This document shows, piece by piece, positions 1 through 20,827 of a stretch of DNA of 64,000 nt. The translations under genes were made by a program, and so were the position numbers. Under the pieces are notes generated by a model, which made no database searches, was not told the origin of the DNA, and worked only from the letters and a program-made list of their open reading frames with translations. Numbering within the stretch: the first letter of the stretch is position 1; every line of letters begins with the position of its first letter. The DNA comes from Camelus ferus (taxonomy: Eukaryota): the NCBI RefSeq assembly GCF_009834535.1, contig NC_045699.1, positions 74,710,001-74,774,000 on the forward strand, given 5' to 3'.

Positions 1-2
1 TC

Positions 3-623
<621 letters not shown>

Positions 624-2007
624 ACCCGGGGGCGCGTCCTGGCCCTGCCCAGTCCACCCAGAGCCCACCCTGAACCCCATCCAGTCCACCTGAGCCCCGC
701 CCAGTCCACCTAGGGCCCACCCACCTAACCCCACCCAGTCCATCCCGAACCCTGCCCCTGCCACGCCTTGAGTCCCCCAGGCCCCGCCCAGCTTTCCGCA
801 AGCTCCGCCCATGTCCCGCCCCTTTGCGTTCTCCACAGGCCCCGCCTTTCCCTCCCCGCCCTCGCCTATTATTCCGCACCCCTCCAAGCCTCGCCCAGCT
901 CCTTTCTCCCCAAGCTCGCCCTCGGGCCTCCCCAGAGGCCGGTCCTCGGCCGCTTGGTGCTTCCCGCTGGGAGGTGGGGTGGGTCTGAGGACCGCTCCGC
1001 CCCTTCACGCAGAAGGGTCACTACTGCAGACCCCACCGCACACATCCGGTTCGTCCGTCCCCTGTCCATCTGCAGGGCCTCCCTGGAACCTTCCCAACCC
1101 TGGCTCGCCCTGGTCCAGGAGCCCGTGTTGACCAAAGCCTAATCCCGTCCCTTTAAACTCACCCTCCCACCCGCCTCCCGTGGTCTGGAATGCGTCCTGC
1201 TCAGAGGCCTTTCCTCTCTAGAGGACACCCTGATTGGGCTCCGTGTGTCCGCGTCACGAGTATGCTCCAGCCTGGTGGGCCGGGCCGGCGTGTAACTGCG
1301 CGGTTTGTTTCTCCCGGCCCCCGCTGTGCCAGACCTTGAGCACGCACATTGACGGCGCTACCCTTCCTGCTGCAGGGTTTGGGGCTAGAGGCAGTGAAGG
1401 GGTACTCGGCATGGGAGGGTCTTCAGCCAAGGCACAAGACACGCCGCCAGAAGGAAGGGGTTCCTGGGCGGGGGAAGCACAGGTTATGTGTAGGGGCGCC
1501 GGCCAGTGCTGAGACCTGGTTGGGCGAGCAAACGGCAGCGCAGGCCGTAACCTCACAGGGAGACAGGAAGCAGGTGAAGGATGGATGAGCGGGAGGGGCT
1601 GAGGAAGCCGTCCAGGAGAGCCCCTATTCTCTGGAGTACAGAGGACAGAAGAGGAGGGGCGTTCCCAGTTTGGAACCGGGAGGAGGAAGCGTAGATGGGA
1701 ATAGGTGAGGGAGCGAGCTAGTCCGCCAGGGCGGTGGTCCATCCGGAGAGATGGGGGCATGATTGCACAAACACCCCCGTGCTCGCGCCCGCGCGATCTG
1801 GCCGCGCTCCGTGGTGAGGGCTGGACACGCGAGGCTTGCAGCCCAGTTCTGGTTCCCTGGAGCGCAAGTTCCGGTGTCCCTCGTATCCCGCCCTCCCCCG
1901 GGGTGCGCTCCAAATATGGTTAGTGACCTGCAGAGGGGGTGAGGCCAGGCGCCCGCCAGGGCCCTCCTGTAGCCCACAAACCTCCATCGGGGCCAAGTGG
2001 GGCATCA

Positions 2008-2013
2008 ATTAAA
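2008..2013 (+). terminator. Candidate poly(A) signal ATTAAA for AJM1
   Basis: First ATTAAA/AATAAA I noticed downstream of the AJM1 stop; lies inside the palindrome CAATTAAATTTAATTG (2006-2021). Confidence 0.5.
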
Positions 2014-2740
2014 TTTAATTGCGGACGTCCCCCCAATCCCCTGCCTCCTTTCCCGGTCCTCGCCCCCGACTGTGCACCCGTGCCCATCTCCCCTCATGCC
2101 TTCCCCAACACGCCCGCGCGCCTGCCTCGGCTCCGCGCATTTGCACAGGCCAACGTGCCCCGCTTGCCCCACCCGCCTTCGCGGCCTCCCAAATTTGGCC
2201 GCTGCGCCCCCTCGCCCCTGGGCCTCGGCCTTCCTCCCCACGCCTGAGGGCCGGCGGTCCAGGAAGGATCCTGGACCGGGATTATTTCCAGAGGGCGAGC
2301 GCTTTCGAACCAAGGAAAATAGAACTCGAATGTAGCCAATGCTGCCTCGTTCATTGTGCAGAGTGGGTGGGATGCAGGATGCAGTGCTTCGGAAACGGGG
2401 GAGACCATGTAATAATGGGGGAGAGACAGGGGAGATCTTCGGACACAATGGGGGAAGGGGGAGGGAGGAAAGTCATAGGACAGCATGGGGGTGCGGGGGA
2501 GAGCGAGGCACTCGGACACAGCGCGGGGGCCCGGGAGGGAGGCCATGGGACAGCGTGAGGGGTATGGGAAGGGAGGCCTTCGGTTACGGTAGAGGGAACC
2601 AGGGCCGGCGCGCGTTCCCTCGGGCGTCACGGGCCGCCGAGCCCCCTCCAAAGGGGCCTGTCATCCGCTCCCGACCCCACTGGGAAAGAACTTTAACTCG
2701 GTTGCATTGAACCATCACCTACTCCTGCTGCCACGTTCTC

Positions 2741-2963
2741 CTTTAAATAGGGCCGGCAAGGTGCTGGGCTGCAAAGAGCTGGGTTGCGATTGGCCAGTCT
2801 GTGCTGCGCGTTGGCGGCACGATTGGCTGAGGCGCTGGGCCCGGGCAGCATGTCCCTACGGGATTGGTTACGAGCTTCGAGGCTCCGCCCTCCACGCTGA
2901 CGTGCACCCCGGGGTCGCGATGGGAAGGGCCACAGGCCTCAGGGGCGGGCGCCCTCCGGGAAT
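2741..2963. promoter_or_regulatory. PHPT1 CpG-rich promoter
   Basis: ATTGG (inverted CCAAT) at 2789, 2822 and 2863; TGACGT at 2898; GC boxes near 2883 and 2942; TTTAAATA at 2742-2749; directly upstream of the ATG at 2964. Confidence 0.7.
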
Positions 2964-4206
<1,243 letters not shown>

Positions 4207-4345
4207 GGCCCACCGGAGGCCTGCCGCCTCCAGGATCCTCTCAGAACTCTGCCCTCGAGGCCCCTCCCAAGGAGCTGGACTGCAGCCCCTGGCATTTTGC
4301 CACCCTGGCTAGGCCTTGGTGCCCGGGATTACCTCTCCAGGGAAC

Positions 4346-4351
4346 ATTAAA
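4346..4351 (+). terminator. PHPT1 poly(A) signal ATTAAA
   Basis: 140 nt after the stop, followed by GT/T-rich sequence (TGTGTGTCTTGGTTTTT). Confidence 0.75.
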
Positions 4352-5104
4352 AGCATTGTCACCTCTGCTGGTCCCCAGATGGTGTGTGTCTTGGTTTTTC
4401 TGTTCCTAGGTTAGCTCTGAACTCCTGACGAGAGTAGGTGGGTAGCTGAGAGCCAGAAGCAGCCTTGGGGGCACAGGTCACTCCTGGCTGCTCCTTACCT
4501 GGCTCCACCTCTGGGCCCAGGGAGGAGCAGTGCACACTCAGCCCTTTGGGGTCTGATAAGGGGCCCCTGGGTTGCTGCCCCCGTTTATGGCCTGATTGCT
4601 GTTCCATGCACCTGCTCTCCCCAAGGACATCTGGGAGGAGGCCTGATGAGCCCTTACGCAAGGAGCTAGGGCCGAGTCCCTTGGGGCGGCAAGGCGGGGG
4701 CCCATCCCAATGTGTGGGGAGCGCAGGCACCAGCACCACCGTCCTGGCTGCCTCATGTCAGCATCCACGTGTGGTCTGCCCACTGAGGTCACAAGTGAAG
4801 TGGTGCACGACCTCTGGATTCCCAGATCAGGTCCCGTGGCCCCTACCCTGGAGTCACAGGCTCCCGCTCAGAATGAACAGGCAGGACTGCAGACTTGGAG
4901 CTGGAACTCCCAGGACCCCGTTCCCCTTTTCCTGGCTGTGAGGAGTAGAGGTGGCATGCGGGGAGGGCAGGGACAGGCACGGCTGTCCCTGTGGCTCACC
5001 ATGAGCTTTGGTCCCCTTGCTGAGGCTGCGATCACATTGTGCCAGCCTCCTGTGAGCTCCCAGGGGCTTTGTAGTGGCCTCTCCAGACAGGCACTCTTGT
5101 GACC

Positions 5105-5200
5105 ACATTTTACAGATGAAGAAACCGAGGCTCAGGTGAGATGAGCTCACTTGGCCACACGGTGGTAAACTGTGGACAGAGCCTGGCTCTAAACCCTCTG
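5105..5200 (-). mobile_element. MIR SINE fragment
   Basis: CATTTTACAGATGAAGAAACCGAGGCTCAG...CACTTGGCCACACGG...AGAGCCTGG is the reverse complement of the MIR core. Confidence 0.8.
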
Positions 5201-5556
5201 GGGTCTGTGCCACAAGGCCCAGAGCCCCTGGGCTTCTCTGGACACTGTGCCTGGCAGTGCCTGGCCCTCGCTGCTCAGGACACTTGCTGATGAATAAACA
5301 GTCATCACTTGCGAGTGAGCAAGACTGTGTGAGTTACAGAGGAGGAGGATGTCCCTGGTTGCTAGGGCCGCCCCCTCCCCAAGCAGGGACCTCAGGGGCC
5401 AGGTGTGGGGTTTGCATGAGCTGCGTTCCTCCTGGCAGCCTGGGCAGAGCTGAGTTGAACTCCCAGGAGGTGTCGGGACACCTGTGCCACTCGGTGCTGC
5501 CTCAAGTGGGGCCTCTCCACCAGAGCTGTGCAGCCGTGAGCACGATGTCCAGGACC

Positions 5557-5569
5557 TGACCTTTGACCT
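5557..5569. promoter_or_regulatory. Perfect DR1 nuclear-receptor element upstream of MAMDC4
   Basis: TGACCT-T-TGACCT (AGGTCA-A-AGGTCA on the minus strand), ~250 bp before the MAMDC4 ATG. Confidence 0.6.
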
Positions 5570-5815
5570 AAAGGAGCCAGGCAGGTGGGAGCCTACCTGG
5601 GCCGGGGCCCCCTCTGGAGGCGTTTACAGCTGGATGTTCACCCTCGTGGGCACAGGGTGGGGCCGGGCCAGGGGCCGCAGGGACAGAAAGGGGCTGAGCC
5701 TCGCTCTCCAGTTAGAGCAGTCGGCCTGTGGGGCCTCTGGCCCATAACCAGGCGAAGTCCCTGCGAGGCTGGCCGGCATCCACACTGCCTCTCGGCCTGG
5801 CTCTCGGGCCTGACC

Positions 5816-13834
<8,019 letters not shown>

Positions 13835-13995
13835 ATCACCCAGAGAAGACCCCAGCTCCTCACCTGTGTTCCTCACCTCCCCAGGACCCTGGCCCCAGGA
13901 CCAACACTTGCCCCTCCCCCAGGACACGCTGACCCCTGTGTCCATCACCCTCCACAGACTGCCCCCACAGGCCTGGGTTTGGTCCTTACCCCAAC

Positions 13996-14001
13996 AATAA
14001 A
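13996..14001 (+). terminator. MAMDC4 poly(A) signal AATAAA
   Basis: ~160 nt after the stop; GT-rich sequence follows near 14048. Confidence 0.8.
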
Positions 14002-15124
14002 CGCCCTGGCCCACGAGGGGATGCCCTGCTGGCCAGCAGGGTCGAGGTTTGTGTGTCCTACTCTGCCCATCTGCAGGAAGGGGGGATCCTCAGACTCAAC
14101 CCAACCTGCCCCAGAGGATGCGCATGGGGGCGCCTCCTGCGTGTCTCAGTGACTTAGTTGACAGGAAACAGGCCACATGACACAGGGCCAGGGGCTACAG
14201 ACACTAGGAGGCCGATGCAGTGGGACCCTGAGAAGCCACTGCCCCAGGCCAGGCAAGCCTCAGCCCAACCTTGTGGGAATCTGATCCAGGGCCCATCAGA
14301 GCCCCTGCCTCACTAGGCGATTCTGCATCTGATTTAGGACAGAGGGAAACCCCCACGGGTGCAGGCGATGGGCTGATGAACAAGTCCAAGGTGGGGAGAT
14401 GCCCTGATGTGTCCACTGTCCCATAGTAAGGGTTCCCCTGTCCAGAGCCCCAGAGGTTCCCATGTTCACCCTTCCATCATCAAGATCCCCGTGTCCAGCA
14501 TCTCACAGTAAGGGTTTAAGCTGTCCCCAGAATCGGTCTCAAAGCAGAGGTCACTAAGTGTCCCCATGATGCCCCTGAGCAGGTCACTGGTAGGCAAAGC
14601 TGAGGTTCCTGCCCTCCTGGCTTCCCAGGGCCTGAGGACAAAGGTGACCCCCTAGACGTGTCTCAAGGTCCCCACCCACACACCAGCCTCTAATAAAATG
14701 GAGTCCCGAGTCTTTCTAACCCAAAGAAGGTCCCAGGCTCTGATCTTCCGTGCCAGAGTTTGACACACCCCACCTGGGTCTGGAAGGCCCTATGGGGAAT
14801 GGCTGTCCTGGGGGAGAGTGGCGGCCCATGGCCTAGTGCCCCCTCCAGCCCAGGGGATCCACCTTGCCACTACGGCCCCTGGGTTCTGCAGGGGAGGACA
14901 GAGGCCTGGTGCCAAGAGGCTGACCTTCGCCCACTAACGGCCCCTGCAGACGGGACGGGGACCAGAGCCCGCACAGTGCCTTCACACCCCGTGGCCCTCC
15001 ACCTGCCATGGCATCTCACGGTATCAGCCCTTCGCCACGCTGTGGGCCAAAGGCGGGGTTGCTAAAGGTGCGACAGAAGAGACTGGACAGCACGACGCAC
15101 CACCAGCAGGAAGGGCGACAAACG

Positions 15125-15130
15125 TTTATT
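15125..15130 (-). terminator. EDF1 poly(A) signal AATAAA
   Basis: TTTATT on the plus strand, ~370 nt beyond the EDF1 stop. Confidence 0.7.
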
Positions 15131-15499
15131 CGTTTCTCTAAGGGCCGGGCTGGAGACACAGCTCCTCTCCCAGACGGCCAGGCCGCCCGCCCGCCCCCGG
15201 TGAGGCGGTCCCCCTCAGGGCTCCCTGGGAGCCACGCGCAGCTGGGCGGACACGGGGGAGAGGAAGGCGGCGCTCCGCACCCCGTTTGAGGGACGGGGGC
15301 AGGGAGGAAAAAACCAGGAGAAGCAAACACTTTGCAAAGTTTTGTTTGTTAGTCTGACAGCAGGTTTGGGGAGGGGTCCCGGGCAGGGCTGACGCCCTGC
15401 GTTCCACTTGGCCACGTGGAGAGACCCGCGCCAGCTGGTGGCGGTCAGGGAACCAGCCAGGCGAGGTCAGCCGGACGCACTGACTTCGAGGCTTTGTGT

Positions 15500-18400
15500 T
15501 CATTTCGCCCTCGGCCCCTTCTCGATGGGCTTCCCGACGTCCTTCCCCCGGAGCTTGAGGCCTGAAAGACCAGCAGCCCACTGAGCGCCACGGCGCCCAC
15601 TCGCGTTTCGAGGACCCCGGCCACAGCCCCGGGAGCGGCAGCGGGCACCCTCACCACCTCTGAGCGCCAGCTCCCTGCCTCCTTTGGGGGGGGGGGTGGG
15701 GGCAAGGCAGGAGGGAGGAACACGCCCCACTCTGCCCCGACTGGGCCCTCAGCCCCCACACACCTAGTCTTCATGTCGAGTTTTTAAGAGCACGCGCCTC
15801 CCCATCCTTGAGGTGAAAGGCGAAACCCTTTCCCAGAACCAGGCCTCCTCGCTCGGGGAGCCTGGGGGCATGGGGAGCGAAATGCGACCGCAGCCAATAC
15901 CCGAGAGTTCGAGCCTGCGGCGCAGAGAATGGGGAAAGAGCCCAGACACTACTCACTTGTGAGAGTTTTCTTAAATTTCTGGAGAATTCCGGGGCCCAGG
16001 GGCCTTCCTGTGCCCGTCCTCACCAGCCCCACCCAGGTCAGCGTGCCTGGCCAGCGAAGGCCGGCAGGGCACTCACCGATGGCTCTCTCGATCTTGCCCA
16101 GGACCTGATTGTTAGGGATGGCCCGGCCGCTCTCATAGTCCGCGATGACCTGCGGCTTCTCGTTGATTTTCTAAAGAGAACATGTACTTTGCACATGTCA
16201 GTTCAAAGAGATGCTGGGAGGCCCAGACATACCCAGGTGGGACGCCTTGGACACCACGTTCCTGCGCTGACAGCAGCTCTCGGAGGCTCAGGGTCTCAGA
16301 GCCACGACACATGCAAGAGGAAGTTACAGCTAACACCCGTAGCTTCCCCAGAGCCTTCAGGGCCCCCGAAAGCCCCCTAAGTCCCCAGACGAGCAGGGCT
16401 CACGCCTCGGGTGCCTTCTGAAGGCCGTCCTCCCGCCTGCCTGATCCTGGGTCGGGGGGCCGCACGCTCACCGTCGCCAGGTCTTTCTGGGTCAGCCCCT
16501 TGCTCTGCCGGCCCTGCTGGATCACCTTGCCCACCTCCAGGGTCACCCGGTCGTGGTGCAGCTCCTCCGTCTCCCGATCCAGCTTGGCCGTGTTCTTGGT
16601 GATCGAATGCTGTTTGTTCTGGCCAGCGGCCCCTGGACCGGCATGAGGCAAGACCAGAGGAGAGGGTTTGTGACAAACCCAAACAAGAGCCACTGCAGAC
16701 GAGGAACCAGGCCCAGCAGGTGCCCGTACCCAGGGTGACGAGCTGAGCCACTGCAGACAGGGAGCACCCAGGGAGACAAGCTGAGCCAGGCCACCCTGTA
16801 TCAGCACCTTCACAGACCTAAGAATGTGGAGTCCAGAATTTCCTCCTAGTCTTGGGAAGTCCCCCCAACCTATGCCAACCACAGCTGCTCTGATGAGATC
16901 CAAGACACCTCCCAGCTCTGCAGCGGCCTCAGCTGCCAGCGGCCGTCCCGACACCCCTGGGGGCGCCAGGCAGGCACCTGTAGATACTAGCCCCAGCGGC
17001 ACCCCCGGCTCTGCGAGTGGAAACACAAGTACCTACATTTCTTGGACGTCTCCACATCTTCTCCTCGTCTCTGAGCCGCTAAGATGGCCTAGGAAATTAG
17101 GAGATTTTTTTGGTCAAAATTAGCTTTGGTAGTACCTGGCAAATGCCAATCCAGGCTGCTGTCAGTCAGTCAGCACACTGCTAACGCCTCGTGTTTTGTG
17201 AGCCCAGGCAGTCAGGCTCGGAGCTCAACCCCTTAAGCGCTGAGGTACCTGGGGCTTTTTCAAGGACTGACAAGCAACACTGGGTTTAGACCAAAGCTTG
17301 CTATATAAATCCCTGTACAACCAAATAACCAGGCAACTCTCAATAAACTGCTGCTAAGGGAAACGAAGAGCTCACCTCTGCTGTTGAGAAAGCCGTGCTA
17401 ATAGATTCCTTTTAGAAACCCACACTTAAAATAGATTTGTATCTCTACTAGACTCCACTGCAAAAACAGGAAGGAACATCGAGTGAGGACCTAGTTTGGC
17501 CTTCCTCAGTCATTCCGGCTCATAATAAAAGATGGCGCATCGCACAACACCTGCAGGCCCCGCCCCAAACATCACCAAAGACAGTGATACCCCTCCATCC
17601 ACAGTTGCCGAATGTTAACGCAACGCATTTCCTGAAACCTCTGACACCTCCGCAAAGTTACTGTGGGATGTTTTGTTCTAAGTATCACATGTTCACAGGT
17701 GCCTTCTAGAACTGTTCACGACTCCTAGCTTGTGGCTATTAAGTTTTCTTTGGGAAAGAAAAAAAAAAGGAGAGTGAATTTGGTTTTGACCAATTGACCA
17801 ATTGACCAATTGACCAATTGCTAAGTCCAGGGCAGGTCAATGAATGCTGGTCACCAGGGCCGAAGCTAGTCATGGCCCAGAAGTGTCTAGGGCTGACCCA
17901 ACGCGGCCTGAGAGAAAAAACAAGCAGAGGTCCCTCGTGACTGAACTGCCCTTCACCCCCTTACACTGACTCACAGATGAACCTTGGATGGGTTAGCCAG
18001 ACTGGGAACCCTCTGTCCCAAGTACCTCTCAGTGCATGCTGGCTACCCTTGCGAGATGGGAACACAAGGTCCACCTGCCTGCTGCGTCTCTAGGCCACCC
18101 CAGCCTAGGCCAGGAGCTCCCGACAGCCAGCAGCGTGCCACATCGGACTCCCAGGCACCCCACAAAGAGAGTAAGGCGGCCCTGGGGCAGGGTGCCGGCC
18201 GACACTGCCCCTGTCCTATCCCTTCTCTGGCCCCACCACGGATCTCCACCCCGAGGTCCTCCCCTGCCAAAGTCGCCCCGCTTCCCCTCCCTTCCCAATG
18301 TCCCTGTCCCCACTAAGAGGTCGAGGGCCTCAAGGGCCTCGGGACCCTGCCTGGTATCATTAGCCCGAAGACCGCCTCGACCCTTCCACCCCCACCCCGC

Positions 18401-18656
18401 TCCGCTCCCTGCCACCAGCTCGGGCCCCGTCTCTCACCGCTGCCCCGGCCCCCGCCCCTGGCGCCTCTCCGCTCCCGTCCCGGTCCTCGACTCCGGTCCC
18501 CACTCCCCGCCCCCGGCCCCCCGTCAGCCCCGCCCGCCCGGCCGCTCCTGGGTCCCGAGGCCCGCGCTGCACCCGCACCTGCTTGGACTTGGCCTGGGCG
18601 GCCGTGGGGCCCTTTTTGCGAAGCACCGTCACCGTGTCCCAGTCACTCTCAGCCAT
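15500..18656 (-). CDS. EDF1: Endothelial differentiation-related factor 1 (MBF1), 5 exons, 148 aa
   Basis: Exons 18656-18579, 17088-17037, 16632-16472, 16170-16077, 15561-15500 (447 nt), [56 protein letters not shown]...[51 protein letters not shown]. Confidence 0.97.
17787..17820 (+). repeat. Perfect 8-bp tandem repeat (TGACCAAT)x4+TG in EDF1 intron 1
   Basis: Read directly at 17787-17820. Confidence 0.95.
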
Positions 18657-18930
18657 GGCGGGCAGGCGGGGCGGGCGGGGGGGGCGGTCCGACCGGCGGC
18701 TCCGAGGCAGCTGCTCGAGACCCGGCGACGCGACGTCCCCTCGTAGCTCGGGCGCTTCCGGCGTCAGAGCCGACCCGCCCCTCAGCCCATTGGCCCGCGG
18801 TACGGGGGCGGGCACTTCCCGCGGCTCGGACCAATCCAAGCTCTGGTCGTCCGAGGGAACGCCGCGGGTGCGCGACGTGGGGCGGGAGACGTCGGGGCTA
18901 GGGCACGCGGCCACTAGGGGGCGCTGAAGG
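18400..18930. promoter_or_regulatory. EDF1 CpG-island promoter
   Basis: CpG-dense around exon 1; CTTCCGG (ETS) near 18754, CGTCA near 18763, ATTGG near 18789, CCAAT near 18831. Confidence 0.75.
18909..18926 (+). promoter_or_regulatory. CTCF motif
   Basis: GGCCACTAGGGGGCGCTG matches the CTCF core CCAC(C/T)AGGGGGCGC exactly. Confidence 0.7.
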
Positions 18931-18969
18931 GGCGCTGGGGTACAGGCGGGGGATTGCGGGTGCTGGGCG

Positions 18970-19420
18970 GTGCTGAGGGGGCCGGGGGGCCTGGCGGGGA
19001 CGAGGGGGTACTGAGGGGGCGAAGAGGGGCCTGGGGGTACTGAGGGGGCGAAGAGGGGGACTGGGGGCCTGGGGGGACGAGAGGACTGAGGGGGCGAAGA
19101 GGGGCCTGGGGGGACGAGGGTACTGTGGGGGCGAAGAGGGGGACGGGGGGCCTGGGGGGACGAGGGGGTATGAGGGGGCGGAGGGGGATGGGGGGCCTGA
19201 GGGGACGAGGGGGTACTGAGGGGGCGAAGAGGGGCCTGGGGGGACGAGGGGATACTGAGGGGACGAAGGGGGGACGGGGGGCCTGGGGGGACGAGGGGGT
19301 ACTGAGGGGGCGAAGAGGGGGACGGGGGGTTCTGGGGGGACGAGGGGGTATGAGGGGGCGAAGAGGGGGACGAAGGGGTGGGGATTCCGCTGGCGGAGAA
19401 GTGAGAGGACGTGGGAGTGG
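18970..19420 (+). repeat. G-rich compound minisatellite upstream of EDF1
   Basis: Seven exact copies of GGGGGCGAAGAGGGG interleaved with CCTGGGGGGACGAGGGG(G)TA variants. Confidence 0.9.
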
Positions 19421-19818
19421 GACCAGGGGAACCCGGTTGCGGGGGCAGCGCAGCAAAGGAAGGTCCTCCTAACGAGGTGGGGGCTCAGGACGTGGGGAGG
19501 GGCACTGGGAGGGGAAGGAGGAATTCGAGTAGGGGGTGCTGTGCACCGGGGAGGAGGGGGCTCAGGGAGAGGGAGGGAGACTGGCCCCCACACCTGGCAT
19601 CCGGGCCGCCCCTGTGGAGATGGGGATCACCACCCCTCGGCCCCGCCACGCGCACGCCAAGTGGGTGCACAAACTGGAAGCAGAGAAAAGGTGGCTGTGT
19701 TGATTTTTCTGTAGGTGAAATCAGTTTCTGTTTCATGCTTTTTTTTTTTGTCACCCTCACGAAATTCAAAGTTCTGTTTCTCTGGAGTTGTGCTCAGGTG
19801 ATGCCAAGATGGTGGGGG

Positions 19819-20378
19819 CAGGGGTGGATGCAGGTTTGGTGGGGCCTAAATAAAGCACATGTAATATGTGGAGGACAAAGGAAATAAAATTATAAAAACA
19901 AAATTGCTTACAGAAAATAATATTCTTGTATAACATTTTGAAAAGTATATACATAATGATAAAATAATGTACTATGACGTATACATAATATGTTAATGTT
20001 ATTTAAAATAACTAATATTTTAGTTATTTTATAATTTATTTAGTGAAAAAATAAGTCAGTAAATTATGAATTTTTGAAAACTGACATGCCACATCACAAA
20101 ATTCGGAGGATATTTCCATGAATCAATGGATGCATCTCTAGTGCTTTTGCTGACATTTTTGGCTATGTTCTCATTGAATGCCACATCGTGACTTTGCAGA
20201 ATTGCATTATAGAAACAACAGAAAGACAATTCAGACGTTTCTCCAACGTGTTTGATCCGATGTGTATCTGTTCCTTAATGCTGACGTTGATTTGGGTAAT
20301 ACTTGAGGCTTCACATAGATGTGCTCACTGTGGCATTCCTACAGGTTTACGCTCCACAACACAGGAATTCTGAAAATG
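19819..20378 (-). mobile_element. hAT (Tip100-like) DNA transposon fossil: 3' terminus and transposase C-terminus
   Basis: Terminus-like CAGGGGTGGATGCAGGTTTGGTGGGGCCT at 19819. Minus frame gives CEAS (20315-20304) and, in the same frame, LEKRLNCLSVVSI (20246-20208), resembling the hAT dimerization motif CExSFS...RLNxLxxxSI. Confidence 0.55.
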
Positions 20379-20827
20379 TGTCGACTTTAATAATGTAATA
20401 GCCTGTTACCTTAGCAGCAAAAGCAAGTTTATTTGGGTATAGCAGAGAAATTACAGTTCAGGATCTATGAACTATGGGGGAGTCACAGTCAAACCCAGGG
20501 AACATGGAGGAGGAACTTGCTTTTATAGGGCAAAGGGGGAGTGGGGAGGGGTTGTGATAACCAGAATCCATTGGAGGAGTTGGGGTGGGGGTCCAAATTA
20601 TGGAGGCTTCCCACTGTTAGGGCCGCTGAGGCCTCTGATGGGCTGGGCCGTCCTGGGGAAAAGAAGAGGGAAGCTTCCTTCTTCTTCCTGGATGGTGAGT
20701 AGAGGCGCCCTCCTGTGGGAGACAGGCGGAGATCGGGGTGATTGATGTGCCTGGTGATGCGTGAGTGCCCTTTACCCGCCTGATGTTTGGAGTGTCCTGA
20801 CTCATACTTTAGCTGAGGTTTCTGTCA
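20379..20827 (-). mobile_element. ERV LTR (copy A)
   Basis: TG...CA ends; minus-strand TATAAAA (plus 20521-20527) and AATAAA (plus 20428-20433); purine tract just 5' on the minus strand; homologous to 21863-22278. Confidence 0.7.

Noticed and set aside
18898-19593. Proline-rich or Gly/Arg-rich ORFs
   Set aside because: Translations of the G-rich minisatellite.
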